A DNA stretch of 63,413 nucleotides, filler included, from Aduncisulcus paluster (taxonomy: Eukaryota), in NCBI GenBank assembly GCA_024181965.1. It is 35 parts of 35 records of this genome, joined end to end, with 100 filler letters (N's around TTAATTAATTAA, not from the genome) between each part and the next. Parts side by side here need not be neighbours in the genome. Positions count along the whole stretch, not along the records: positions 1 to 2,568 come from BQXS01000536.1; positions 2,669 to 3,716 come from BQXS01000537.1; positions 3,817 to 5,052 come from BQXS01000538.1; positions 5,153 to 6,256 come from BQXS01000545.1; positions 6,357 to 7,705 come from BQXS01000546.1; positions 7,806 to 8,864 come from BQXS01000548.1; positions 8,965 to 15,727 come from BQXS01000549.1; 28 more parts are not named here. One strand, written 5' to 3'. The notes under the pieces are model-generated. The model ran no database searches. It saw only the letters and a program-made list of their open reading frames with translations, and was not told where the DNA came from. Of the stretch, positions 1-11,119 are shown piece by piece (the stretch's first letter is position 1; every line of letters starts with the position of its first letter). The position numbers were made by a program, and so were the translations under genes.

Positions 1-2
1 TT

Positions 3-1079
3 TGTCCTGACTTTTGCGCTCCTCCTCCCAAATTTACTGGATGTTTTTCAAGTTCCAAACTCGACCTGGTGGATTCTCCAAGTTCGATTGATTATTCCCA
101 TCCTGTAGATTCTTCTCCTGGAAAACAACGCTATTCTTCTGCTATTTATTCGGATGATCTGTATTATGACAAAATTGAGGACGAAGGAAGGAAAGAAGAG
201 GAAGAAGAACGTTTTCACGATGATTATCATGAAGCACGTACAGATAGACATTCTCGTGACGCTTTTGGGAAAGAGGAAGAAGGGGAAAAAGATCTCTCCG
301 AAGAATCGACTGATGGCCATTCCTCTTCGTCTTCTTCTTCTTCAAGTGATCGCAAGAGTTCTTCTTCCAAATCGTCTCGGTACCAACCAAGAGCTTCATG
401 TGATTGTTCCGGCTGTAGAAATCCCTTTGTCCATTCTAAAAGCTATAGATCTTCTATGGCCCAAAAAGTTCATGAGAATCTGCGTTATCTCCTATACCAG
501 AGCTATAGATTTACTGATATTGGCCGAGGTAACAGTCCTCACCGAGTGATGTTCTTTTCTGGATGTGATTGCAAAAAATGCATAAGTTGGGCCAACAAGT
601 TCTGGACCAACGGAACTGCCCCCCGTGGTTTAGGAGAGAAGAAATGCGAGAAAATTTATGGTAAATTGCGAGACCTGCTTGATAGCCAAAGCGAACGGGG
701 CCAACGGACACTCTCCTCTCTGATGCGTCAAGTTATTCAAGATCCTGGATCACTTTTGGACGATTTTAAAGACGCCGATAAGGATATTTTCTCCAAAGAC
801 ATCCGAGATTCAATGCTTGAAGGTCTTCACCAATTGGAAAAGTTGTTCCCCATGCTCCATGCTGTCCTTCCTTTTACCTATTGGAAAGAAAAGCACAAAC
901 TTGCCCAAATGAACCTTTCAAAAGCCAAATCAAAGAAGTCAGGCAAATCAAAGAAGCCGGCCAAATCAAAGAAGCCAGGCAAATCCAAAGAAAAGCTCCA
1001 TGAAAAACTTGTCTGTTCTGTGTTTGGAGAGGATGGTTTCCCTGAGTGTCTTGCCCCTCAAGATAAGGCTAAAAAATAA
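3..1079 (+). CDS. Hypothetical protein, 5'-partial, acidic/Ser-rich N-half, Cys pairs, basic C-terminal repeat
   Basis: Frame open from the contig edge to TAA at 1079; no recognisable family. Confidence 0.6.
   Translation, partial: CPDFCAPPPKFTGCFSSSKLDLVDSPSSIDYSHPVDSSPGKQRYSSAIYSDDLYYDKIEDEGRKEEEEERFHDDYHEARTDRHSRDAFGKEEEGEKDLSEESTDGHSSSSSSSSSDRKSSSSKSSRYQPRASCDCSGCRNPFVHSKSYRSSMAQKVHENLRYLLYQSYRFTDIGRGNSPHRVMFFSGCDCKKCISWANKFWTNGTAPRGLGEKKCEKIYGKLRDLLDSQSERGQRTLSSLMRQVIQDPGSLLDDFKDADKDIFSKDIRDSMLEGLHQLEKLFPMLHAVLPFTYWKEKHKLAQMNLSKAKSKKSGKSKKPAKSKKPGKSKEKLHEKLVCSVFGEDGFPECLAPQDKAKK
924..990 (+). repeat. 18-bp coding tandem repeat (~3.7 copies; KSKKSG/KSKKPA/KSKKPG)
   Basis: g(c/g)caaatcaaagaag(t/c)c(a/g) units. 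Confidence 0.85.
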
Positions 1080-2118
1080 TTGGAGGATCTTCTTAGTTTT
1101 CTTAGTATTTTTCTTTGTATTGCCGCTCTGATTTTGTTTTTATGCTGCTATATCTGAAGGAATTGTTTTATTGTCCAAATATCGCGATATTTAATGAGAA
1201 AAAAGGATTTTGTGGGATTGTTGGTTCATTATTTTTCTCTTTTCTGTTTTGTTCTATTCTATTTTTATCTATCTCTTTGATTATTTTAATTCCTTCTTTT
1301 TTATTATTGGTTTTATTGTGTTGAATCTATATATATATATATCGAAATTTTTTTTTTGTTGTTGTTGAATTTTGGTTCTTGTTTTTTTTATAATTGCCGC
1401 ATATGCAAGAAATTAGCATGATGACAGTTCTTCTCTCGTTCTACTTAACATCAATGGTTGTTATAGCTGGGACTTATCTGAAGTTTCTGATTATCTTGTC
1501 TAGGCATCTAATGTCTATCTTGTGGTATCAATTGATCTTCAATGTGATTATAAATAAATGGCTACACTTCGAATGAGTGCAAGTTCAACTTTTGCACAAG
1601 TTGCGCAAATTGAGCAAATTTCTTCTAGATACTAATCCTTTAAGAAAAGGGGTTTGGATTAATCTTTTTCAGCGTTAATAATATGTTTAATGGAATGATT
1701 CTGGTCAGGTAGGCATTATAAAACAGCTATTTAAAGGATTATCCGTCTGTCAAGTCGCTCAACGTCTTACCGATCAGAAATATACACTTAAACTGCTGTT
1801 TTTCAGTCAACCAACCCCATTTAAGCTTGTAATTTTCAATGATGTTACCAAAATCCATTCTGATCAAGTCAATCTGAATTGACGATCACAATGGAAATGA
1901 TTATTTAACTCTCAGCAATCTGACAGTTTCTCGGAGAATTCAAGCTGCTAGTCGCCAGTTTAGTGACAATATGGACATTATTACACAGCAAAATACATAA
2001 GATTGTTCGAATGTTCCAAAAACATTTTGTATTTCTTGAAGCTCTTTTTTCCAAGATAATTTATTTGTAGCGATAAAATAACGTCCTTCACAGTTACAAT
2101 AAACCCCATTATGAAATA

Positions 2119-2568
2119 TTATACCTGTTTTGTTCTGTTTGTATTCAATTCTTCGATAGTTTGGCCTTTTTGTTGAGATAATGACAATTGATGATGAAAA
2201 TAATATGCACAATACGCTATATATATCGCCTGTGCAAGAATGGTGTAGATTACAAGTCTCTCAGTGACTCCCATGAAGGGGAAGTTATTACTGATAACTA
2301 TTGGATTAGAAACACCAAAAATTGAAATCAAAATTGCAAAAACTAAAAGAATCTTAGCTTGAGGTAAATGAACTTTGCGATATCCAATTGAAAATGTGAA
2401 AGAAAACCCAATAGAAGTGAAAACAACAATAAAAGTCGTGACAAGATGCATTACATTTCCAAAAGACGATGAACTGGCTTCTTTATCAATTGGAAAAAAA
2501 GAATAACCAATAAAAGAAGCAGAATTCATGATAATATAAAGGCTACATGCAGTTTTCAAGGTGGTAGA
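2119..2568 (-). CDS. Multi-pass membrane protein, DUF998-like, 5'-partial
   Basis: Several hydrophobic helices, H in helix (HLVTT) and GVTERLVIY resembling the G-x-x-ER-L motif of DUF998. Confidence 0.4.
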   Translation of the reverse strand, partial: STTLKTACSLYIIMNSASFIGYSFFPIDKEASSSSFGNVMHLVTTFIVVFTSIGFSFTFSIGYRKVHLPQAKILLVFAILISIFGVSNPIVISNNFPFMGVTERLVIYTILAQAIYIAYCAYYFHHQLSLSQQKGQTIEELNTNRTKQV

Positions 2569-2668
2569 NNNNNNNNNNNNNNNNNNNNNNNNNNNNNNNN
2601 NNNNNNNNNNNNTTAATTAATTAANNNNNNNNNNNNNNNNNNNNNNNNNNNNNNNNNNNNNNNNNNNN
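2569..2668. other. Artificial contig-joining linker (first of 34)
   Basis: N-run + TTAATTAATTAA (stops in all six frames) + N-run, 100 nt, recurring throughout the window. Confidence 0.98.
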
Positions 2669-3716
2669 TGCTGAGAGAACGCAAGGAAGTGTCACATAAT
2701 CCAACAGAATCCAGGATCAATGTCGTCAGAGAGGGCAGGGAGGACAATGTTGTCAGGGAGGAAGATAGTGTTGTGGATAAGGGGTTGCTGCTGAGGTAGA
2801 GTTCTGTTAATGCATTCATGGAGGAGAGGGCAGAAATGTCTGAGATATTATTATTATGAAGATATAAATTTGCTAATTTCGACATCCCTGAGAGGAATGA
2901 AATATCTGAGAGAGTGTTTGAATTTAAATCTAAAGTAAGCAGCTCAAGTTTCTCAGAAAGAACAGAAATGTCTGAGATATTGTTTGTACCAAGGTACAAA
3001 ATCGACAGCTTTGACATTCTAGATAGAGCAGAGATATCAGAGATAGCGTTTGATTGTAATCTAAGGTTAGTGAGATTAGTGATGTTGACAAGAGGTGAAA
3101 CATCTGAAATACTGTTTGAATAAAGATATAGAGTCGTTAAGTTTATCATTCCTGATAGAGCAGAGATATCTGAGATGTTATTGTAATAGAGATACAGAGA
3201 TACTAAATCATCCATATTTGACAAAGAATCAATGGAAGTAATCTGATTAGATCCAAGGTGTAAATATGTCAATTCCACCAAATTTTCCAATGGACTCACA
3301 TCAGATATTTGATTGTTGTACAAATGCAAATAGGTTAGATTCACCATTCCAGATAAATCGGAAATGTCAGATATCTGATTTGAATAAAGGTATAGAATAT
3401 TCATATCATTCATTCCAGATAGAGCAGATATATTTGAAATGTTGTTTGCATGAAGAGCCAAAGTATTGATCTCAGACATCTCAGAAAGATCAGAAATATC
3501 CGAAATATTGTTACTGCCTAGATATAGAATTGACATCTTTGACATTCCAGATAGAGCAGAGATATCTGATATATTGTTATCTCGAAGGTATAGAATATTC
3601 ATATCATTCATGGAGGAGAGGGCAGAAATGTCTGAGATATTATTATTATGAAGATATAAATTTGCTAATTTCGACATCCCTGAGAGGAATGAAATATCTG
3701 AGAGAGTGTTTGAATT
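2669..3716 (-). CDS. Internalin-like 22-aa leucine-rich-repeat protein (partial)
   Basis: ~15 repeats LxxLxLxxNxISDISxLSxMx; 66-bp DNA periodicity. Confidence 0.92.
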
Positions 3717-3816
3717 NNNNNNNNNNNNNNNNNNNNNNNNNNNNNNNNNNNNNNNNNNNNTTAATTAATTAANNNNNNNNNNNNNNNNNNNNNNNNNNNN
3801 NNNNNNNNNNNNNNNN

Positions 3817-4268
3817 GGCCTTGGGATTAGACGTTCGCCAAAGAAGTTTGAAGCTCTAAAGAAGTTCACAGACGTACAAGATCTCTCAGCATTGAGAAGT
3901 TTTATTGGAAGTATGAATTATTTGAAGAGATATATTCCATATTATGCAGAATTGGCCAAACCAATCACCAAGTTGTTAAGTGAAAAGACCAAAAAGTTCC
4001 ACTGGGGGGCCAAACAAAGACAAGCTGCCAAGAAGATTATTGCTGCGCTAGAGAAAAATACATGCTTAGAACATGTAAGAGATGATAGAGAGCTCCATAT
4101 GTTTACTGATGCCAGCACAGTTGGCATTGGTGGTGTGCTAATGCAATATCATCCCAGTGACAAAGGTCTAAAAGAGCCAGCCGTTGTATCATTTATGAGC
4201 AAGACACTGACATCAGTGGAAGCGCGCTATACGATCACAGAGCTAGAGGCCTATGCTATATTCTACTG
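3817..4268 (+). mobile_element. Ty3/Gypsy pol fragment (RT thumb + RNase H), interrupted by a hAT insertion
   Basis: LRSFIGSMNY, FTDASTVGIGGVL, YTITELEAYAIFY; homology stops abruptly at 4268. Confidence 0.9.
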
Positions 4269-5052
4269 CAGAGATTCCGGAAAAAAATCACATCTTCAAA
4301 AAAGAGAATTTTAATAAATAATTTAACCTATACTTTATATTAAGTAATATTTTAAAATTATATCTTAATATTTTCAAAAGTATAACCATGATTCAAATCA
4401 AAAAAATAAGTAAACAAAATGACAAGTCTGTGTTGATGACAGCCGAAATTATTGATGTTATAAAGCCATCTCTGGATGAGAAATATAAAGGAAAAATAAT
4501 ATGGGTTAGATATAAACAAATTAGAAAAATCGACCATACCCTAAAAAAATCAGAAATTTTTGAAATCATGAAAAATGAAATTGAAAAGCATTTTAGGATA
4601 ATAAGTGAGGAAATCCCAATTAAAATTCGTTGTTTGACATGTGATGCTGATCTGACTGGGAAAAAATCACTCTATTCTCATATTCTCAGTCAAGTCCACG
4701 GAACAAATGTGTGTTTAGATGATGATAAGGAGCAAAAAGAACTGCCAATGAAGAGACGGTTTCTAAGAGACTTGTGCGTATCTAAAGCAATGTTTTCAGG
4801 TATTCCTATCCCAGCGTTAATTAAGTTCCTTGATGAAGAACTGCAAGAAGAAATTGCCGAATGGTACCTGTCGACAAAACGAGCTTTGAAATTATGTCTA
4901 TCAACGAGTTATGATTCAGCACACAGAATAGGCCGCACGTCTTTAATTAAGGATCGAAAAGAGGCGTTGGTTGGTTGTTATTCCATTATTATGGACAAGA
5001 CTATCAGCAGGGGCAAAAACATATTGGCTATCCTGGTCCACAATCATAAAAC
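4269..5052 (+). mobile_element. hAT-type DNA transposon left end with transposase N-terminus (CDS 4388 to contig end; C2H2/BED-like finger, first catalytic Asp region)
   Basis: Starts CAGAGATTCCGG (hAT-like TIR); CLTC..HILSQVH finger; SGIP and YSIIMDKT..GKNILAIL resemble hAT/CGGBP1-like transposases. Confidence 0.65.
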
Positions 5053-5294
5053 NNNNNNNNNNNNNNNNNNNNNNNNNNNNNNNNNNNNNNNNNNNNTTAA
5101 TTAATTAANNNNNNNNNNNNNNNNNNNNNNNNNNNNNNNNNNNNNNNNNNNNCCACTCGTTGAACACATATTTCTTCGTGAAATAAGTTATGAGTTCTTT
5201 TCGTATTGATCAGAAGTAATTTCTTTCTTTCCGACAGAGTGGTATTTTCTTTCTTCAGGTGTCTTGCGTTTCGGCTTTGGATATTTGATCATAT

Positions 5295-5338
5295 TGTTAT
5301 AAATTTAACCCCACTACACTGGGGTACCCATGGCCACA
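5295..5338 (-). mobile_element. Putative 44-bp LTR (TGTGG...TAACA), preceded by a polypurine tract at 5339-5358
   Basis: Minus strand ggggaggaaggggggtagga|TGTGGCC...TTAAATTTATAACA|atatgatcaaat. Confidence 0.55.
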
Positions 5339-6356
5339 TCCTACCCCCCTTCCTCCCCAAACTATTCATTTCGGCTAATCCAGCGAAACCTTTGGGTGGG
5401 AGGACATGCAGCGGATAACAGCGATAGAATCGGGCTTCATATGCTTTTCGAGCAGCCTCCCGCCATAGGCAACATGATTGTGACCACTGCTTTGCGTATT
5501 CGGACAGGGCTTGACTAACACCTTTGTAAAACCCGTATAGTATTGGGTGCTCGCAATCTTTCCATACTCTATGTAAAAGGTATACAGTGCCGGGGTCTTA
5601 CGTTCAGATCAAACCTCTACTCCACGACCATTAGACTTCTCTTGTGATAACACCAACAAAAAGAAGCCAAGTCCTTGTTGTGACAATCTTCCTCTTTATT
5701 ACTTTTGTTTTCATCGCCAAGAAAGAATGTTATTTGATCCTCTCCGCCTTCATTGTGGTGAAGTGCTTCATGACCTGCAACTGGGACACACACACACAAT
5801 TTCGAAAATTTGAAATCAGCAAAATCTTACAAAATGTGAATTTTGCCGCATTTGAATGTTTCTTTAAAGTCGAAGTTTATAAATTTATAATCACTCTCTA
5901 TTGCGGTTATTTCCCTTACTAAATCTATTTAATATATTTTATAGATTCTTAGATAAGGCATGATGAGTTGTTATCTCCTGATCAGGTGGTGCCACAGCGA
6001 TATTAATAGTGTTTTTGAAGACTCTTCTGCCCATTCATTATATTTTGCCTAGTTATTCTCTGATCTTTGTGAATGTATTAGAAGATGATTTCTTCAAAGT
6101 ATTCCCATCGATCTCGATGATTTAGTTCTAAATAGAAATTGTATTGAGAGTTTTTTGTCAATATTTCAATAGGAATATTCACTAATATCATTACCCTACC
6201 CGTCTTCATCTCCTAACTCTTCCTTCAGCTTTGGATGTTCCTTGAGATAGTCGTCGNNNNNNNNNNNNNNNNNNNNNNNNNNNNNNNNNNNNNNNNNNNN
6301 TTAATTAATTAANNNNNNNNNNNNNNNNNNNNNNNNNNNNNNNNNNNNNNNNNNNN

Positions 6357-6613
6357 CTACCCTTCCTCTTCCCCTTCCCTCTTGTTCTCTCCCAATGTCA
6401 CACAAAGAAGAACCACAAGTAATAGATGCATCGAGTCAATTACAAGCATCACCACATCTTGTGGATGCCAGTCGTGGTAATGAGATGGCACAAGAATGTT
6501 ATCGTGAACATGGACATTTAACTGAAAGATCATCTCAGTCACAAATATATAAACCCCTTCGATCTAAACATCCAAAGAAAGGGTCAACAATAACAAACCC
6601 AACCACTGCATTA

Positions 6614-6648
<35 letters not shown>

Positions 6649-7705
6649 TTCTTCCTCTTCTTCCTCTTCGATAACTCTTACTTCAGAAATATTAACAAGT
6701 TCTGCAGCCTTTCTTTCTGAGCTCCTTTTGGCTGCAAGGATAGAAAGGATGATCTCAAGGCACATCAAAAAAGAAGTGAACAATGAAAAGGGGGATATAT
6801 GGTTATCTCAGAACAAAGAAATCGGTGTTGAGGATTCTTTGAAGGGGAAAAATTTTCCCAATTTAGAACATATTAATCCTTCAGATCATCCCCTTGTTGA
6901 ATACAAAAGTGTTGAAGAGTGTGAACTCATTGAAGAGGAAGAAGAAACTAACGATAAAGAAGGAGAAATATCCAGCCAAACCTCCACTAAATGTGTACAA
7001 AAAGCAAGGAAAGGTCATGAAGAACAAGAAGAAACTGATGAAGAAGAAGATAAGCATCAATTGGATCCCCCAGCCATCCATGAAGTCTCTTTCTCTCTCT
7101 CTGATGAATTGTCCTTCTCTGATATCGATCTTGATGTCGGAAGAGCAGTTGACTATTACTATGAACATCGAAAGGATAAAGATGCTTTGCGAGCCCTTTT
7201 CCCATCGTTGTATGAGAAGTTTCAGCTATTTAAAACTCCTTCAAATATTATGGGTGGAGAAGGACTGAAAAGGAAGGAGGGGATTAATGCAAATGAATCA
7301 GCAACATCATATCATCACAGTTCAGAAATTAGCACTCATCCGTCAATAGCTATAACAAATAAGTTTCTGAGAGCTATTTTTAGAATGAGAAAGTCGATGA
7401 AGGATATGATTGGTGAGGTTTCAAGACTTCGTACTCGGTTAGCGGAAAGGGAAGAATATTGCGTTTCAATGGAATCTCGGCTTAACGGATCCATCCAAAA
7501 GTTACAGCTTGAGGCTAAAAATAGATCAGTGCACGGGGATCTGGGTGATACTGATTCTATTCCAATGAAGAAGAAAGAAGAGAGTGATGATGGTGAGTGT
7601 AGTCAACCAGAATTTGAAGGATTATCTCGCAAAGAGCTTCGACATCGTTTGTCCGAGACTGAAAAGAAATTGTCCGAAACACAAGAACGAATGGATAGTG
7701 TAATT
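6357..7705 (+). CDS. Hypothetical poly-Ser/acidic coiled-coil protein (partial)
   Basis: Long ORF with C-terminal heptad-like segments. Confidence 0.65.
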
Positions 7706-8061
7706 NNNNNNNNNNNNNNNNNNNNNNNNNNNNNNNNNNNNNNNNNNNNTTAATTAATTAANNNNNNNNNNNNNNNNNNNNNNNNNNNNNNNNNNNNNNN
7801 NNNNNTATCAGAAACAATTATAATATTACTAATTATGGATTATTTATAATATTATCCTTCATCAATATGTTTACTAAGTGATTTAAAATACAACTCATTA
7901 TTAGAGCATATTATTCCTAAATTATGCAAAAAAAATATATATATACTATTTATTATACCAATAATCTTAAATTATAATATTATATTTCTCCCGTCAACCA
8001 TTCGGTGTAATTTTCACATATGCGCCCTTTTATTTTGACAACACTGCCATTATATAAAGCT

Positions 8062-8201
8062 GTTCCCCTGGGTCTGATCAACCCGGGGGAGCGTAAGTCT
8101 TATGATTTATTTGTTCATGTTCCGTTTTTGGCCCCTTGGTTGTCCCCCCCCATATCTCACTGTCATTGTCTCAAAATGGGGGGGGGACTCCAACGATTTT
8201 T
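8062..8201 (+). other. Two GC-rich hairpins plus conserved G8-ACTCCAACGATTTTT motif
   Basis: Stem 8062-8073/8081-8092; stem C8AT(8144-8153)/ATG9(8176-8186); 23-nt identity to the minus strand at 57311-57333. Confidence 0.7.
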
Positions 8202-8547
8202 ATTTTTTTGTTTGTAAATTAAGAAAAATTATAAAGTAAAAGATTTTTTATAGCGTTTAGTATATATTTTTTATCTACCGTAATACAGCAAGTATTATAC
8301 GTTGTACAATATGTTTAAACTCAGATAGGGACTGTTTTACATATATGTATTTACATATGTGAAAACAATATGTTGAACACATGTGCTACAGAAAATTTTA
8401 TTCGTTGTGACAGATCATATTCTCGGTAAAATAAATACTCTCTCATATGTTTTTATTGCTTAGATAATATTAATTTGCATTTTAATATGTAGATTTTATA
8501 CTTTGTAGGCTGATCAATATAAAATTTCAAATTTCCTTGTAAAAGAT

Positions 8548-8864
8548 ATGGCAAGAACCAAAACAAGGAAAACCAGAGCTGCAGTTGCAACCGAAGCTTG
8601 CATTCAAGCCTTTACCTCCCTCCAGGAGAAGAAACCCAAGGATTTTTGGGCGGCCCTTCACACCGTCCTCCCCGGGACAAAAGACGGGGAAATACCTCCT
8701 TCCCGTGAATCCGTGATTGCCCTGATTGGGCTTATGATCGACGATGCCCACTTTAAACACATAGTGGCCTGCAAGACCCCCCGAAAGCCCCTCCTGGCCA
8801 GACTGCTCTGCATCACAGGGAAACTTTTTCTCAGGATCGAACCCGCGGCGGGAGACTTTGTGAT
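8548..8864 (+). CDS. Divergent histone H3-like / H3-tail-mimic protein (3'-partial)
   Basis: Begins MARTKTRK; FW..L..V...E.P.S....IAL.G.MI motif shared with 49268-49822. Confidence 0.55.
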
Positions 8865-8964
8865 NNNNNNNNNNNNNNNNNNNNNNNNNNNNNNNNNNNN
8901 NNNNNNNNTTAATTAATTAANNNNNNNNNNNNNNNNNNNNNNNNNNNNNNNNNNNNNNNNNNNN

Positions 8965-10690
8965 AATCTGACATTCCAATTGTTCTGGAAACAATGTACG
9001 GATAAGACATCTTGGGCCAGAATAATTTGAGAATAAATACCTCCAATAGGCATTGTTTGAAGCTGGATAAAAACATGATAATGACTTGACAATTTCTCTC
9101 ACTGCATTTCCTGGAAGTGATTGCAGACAATCATCATCTTCTTCAAACTCAAAAGCATCCATGGCACATGTGGAAAAGGGTAATATTTGGACATCTTTTT
9201 CTCTATATCGAAGGAATGAAGGAGAAAATGAAGATTTTCCACTGAAATTTGAAGATAAAAGTATCGGTTTTGTATTGGTTGGATCGAGATGTACTGGACC
9301 ATTGTAACGGAATTTCTTTGAATATCCAGAATAATTTGAAAATGGTTTTGCTCCAAGAATCCAGAGAGAATCGCTATCTTCCTCAAGTGGGGTACACAAC
9401 AACTTGGCAACTAATAAATCAGGAGAAGTTATCATAAGAATCTCTTCTTGGACTGAACCATGTCTTAGAACACCACCTCCAATCCTTTTGTTGGCAAAAT
9501 CTGTAACATTATACTTGATTTGACTTTCCACGGTCAACATCGAATCTTCAGGATCCGCAATGCTTATAATAGAGCTGAGATCATCATCAAAGCGTAAATA
9601 TTCATGATTGTGTTTGGAAGAAGAAGATTTTTTTCTGGATTGAGAGCGAAAAAATTCTTTGGAAATATTTTCGGGAGAGTATCTTGCAGGATCCTGTGAA
9701 TATTCATCATGAGAGGGGGCCTTTTTCCTGAAATACCGACGGATATCGACTTTCGAGATTGTTTTATAGATGAGAATAACATGATTTTCAGTCAAATGTT
9801 TTGATTTACCGTTGATATTGAGAGATAGGAAATATTGTAAAATGCAAGCACATTTTTCAACCTGACAAAGTGNNNNNNNNNNNNNNNNNNNNATCATCAA
9901 AGCGTAAATATTCATGATTGTGTTTGGAAGAAGAAGATTTTTTTCTGGATTGAGAGCGAAAAAATTCTTTGGAAATATTTTCGGGAGAGTATCTTGCAGG
10001 ATCCTGTGAATATTCATCATGAGAGGGGGCCTTTTTCCTGAAATACCGACGGATATCGACTTTCGAGATTGTTTTATAGATGAGAATAACATGATTTTCA
10101 GTCAAATGTTTTGATTTACCGTTGATATTGAGAGATAGGAAATATTGTAAAATGCAAGCACATTTTTCAACCTGACAAAGTGGAGATGAAGATGAACTTT
10201 TGGGGGTAGAATAAAGCATAAATTCCATGTCATTGTTTGGATGTGGAAATAAGTTGAAGAAAGAAGCTGCAACCAAACCAGCACACTCGAGAAGACTGAG
10301 GATCATAATAGGATGGTCTCTATCAACCATATCAAAAAGAATTGGTGCTCTAGAGGAAGATTTTGATTTTGATAATGATCGTAGAAATGAAAATAATGCA
10401 TAAAGACAAGATCTGAGAGCATTCTTCAAGATGTCACTCTTTGACATTACTGGTGATGATTTCTCATATATACGTTCAGTGGCTTGAGAAATAAGGGACA
10501 TTAATGAAGTTTTGTTTGCCTCGAGTAATGGGCATAAGCCCTTGAATACCTTAACAAAAAAATCCACAAATCTACCCTTATAATATTTGAGAGATTCAAT
10601 ATATTCCTGACATTTTGTACAAGCAGCAACGATATCTCCCCTTGAAATAAATTTTAAGTTCATAATTGCCACAAAAACAATATTTCTCAT
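8965..10690 (-). CDS. PARG: Poly(ADP-ribose) glycohydrolase (3'-partial; split by an assembly overlap)
   Basis: DFANKRIGGGVLRHGSVQEEI = PARG GGG-x-QEE catalytic signature; FSNYSGYS and AMDA motifs. Confidence 0.9.
9583..10182. repeat. Identical 290-bp duplication flanking a 20-N gap (assembly artefact)
   Basis: 9583-9872 equals 9893-10182. Confidence 0.9.
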
Positions 10691-11119
10691 CCAACCGATG
10701 TAAAAGGTTGCTTAGTGGACTGATTTATTCGGGCTGGATCAAAATTCATCGATAAATTTATTCAAAAATCCTTATTTTTGTTCTGAGTTAATTTGTTTCT
10801 ATCATTATCCTTCTTGAGGTGTGTGGATTTCCAAGCCAACCAAATGATTCGTAGAACTGCCTCCTCAATCGTTGAAGACTTGGGATCATTAATTATAGCA
10901 ATCAATACATTCGATAAATTGCATTGGCTAGTCTATTTGCAGCACAAAACTATCGTTACAGCCATTTCTTCATTCCAGAGGGAATCTGTATAAAATAGCC
11001 AAGTGTTTTAATGTTTTCATTAATAACAATACAGATCTAAGAAAATATGATTTATATTTTCGTAAATGATCTCAGTTCAAAATTTCAGTCAAGGCGCTTT
11101 GTAATTTTCTCGTATTATA

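Noticed and set aside
6612-6670. (TCT/TCC)n microsatellite
   Set aside because: Ordinary poly-Ser coding tract, common in this genome
9583-10182. Tandem duplication inside PARG
   Set aside because: Identical copies flanking a 20-N gap, i.e. an unmerged scaffold overlap; same at 22005-22544
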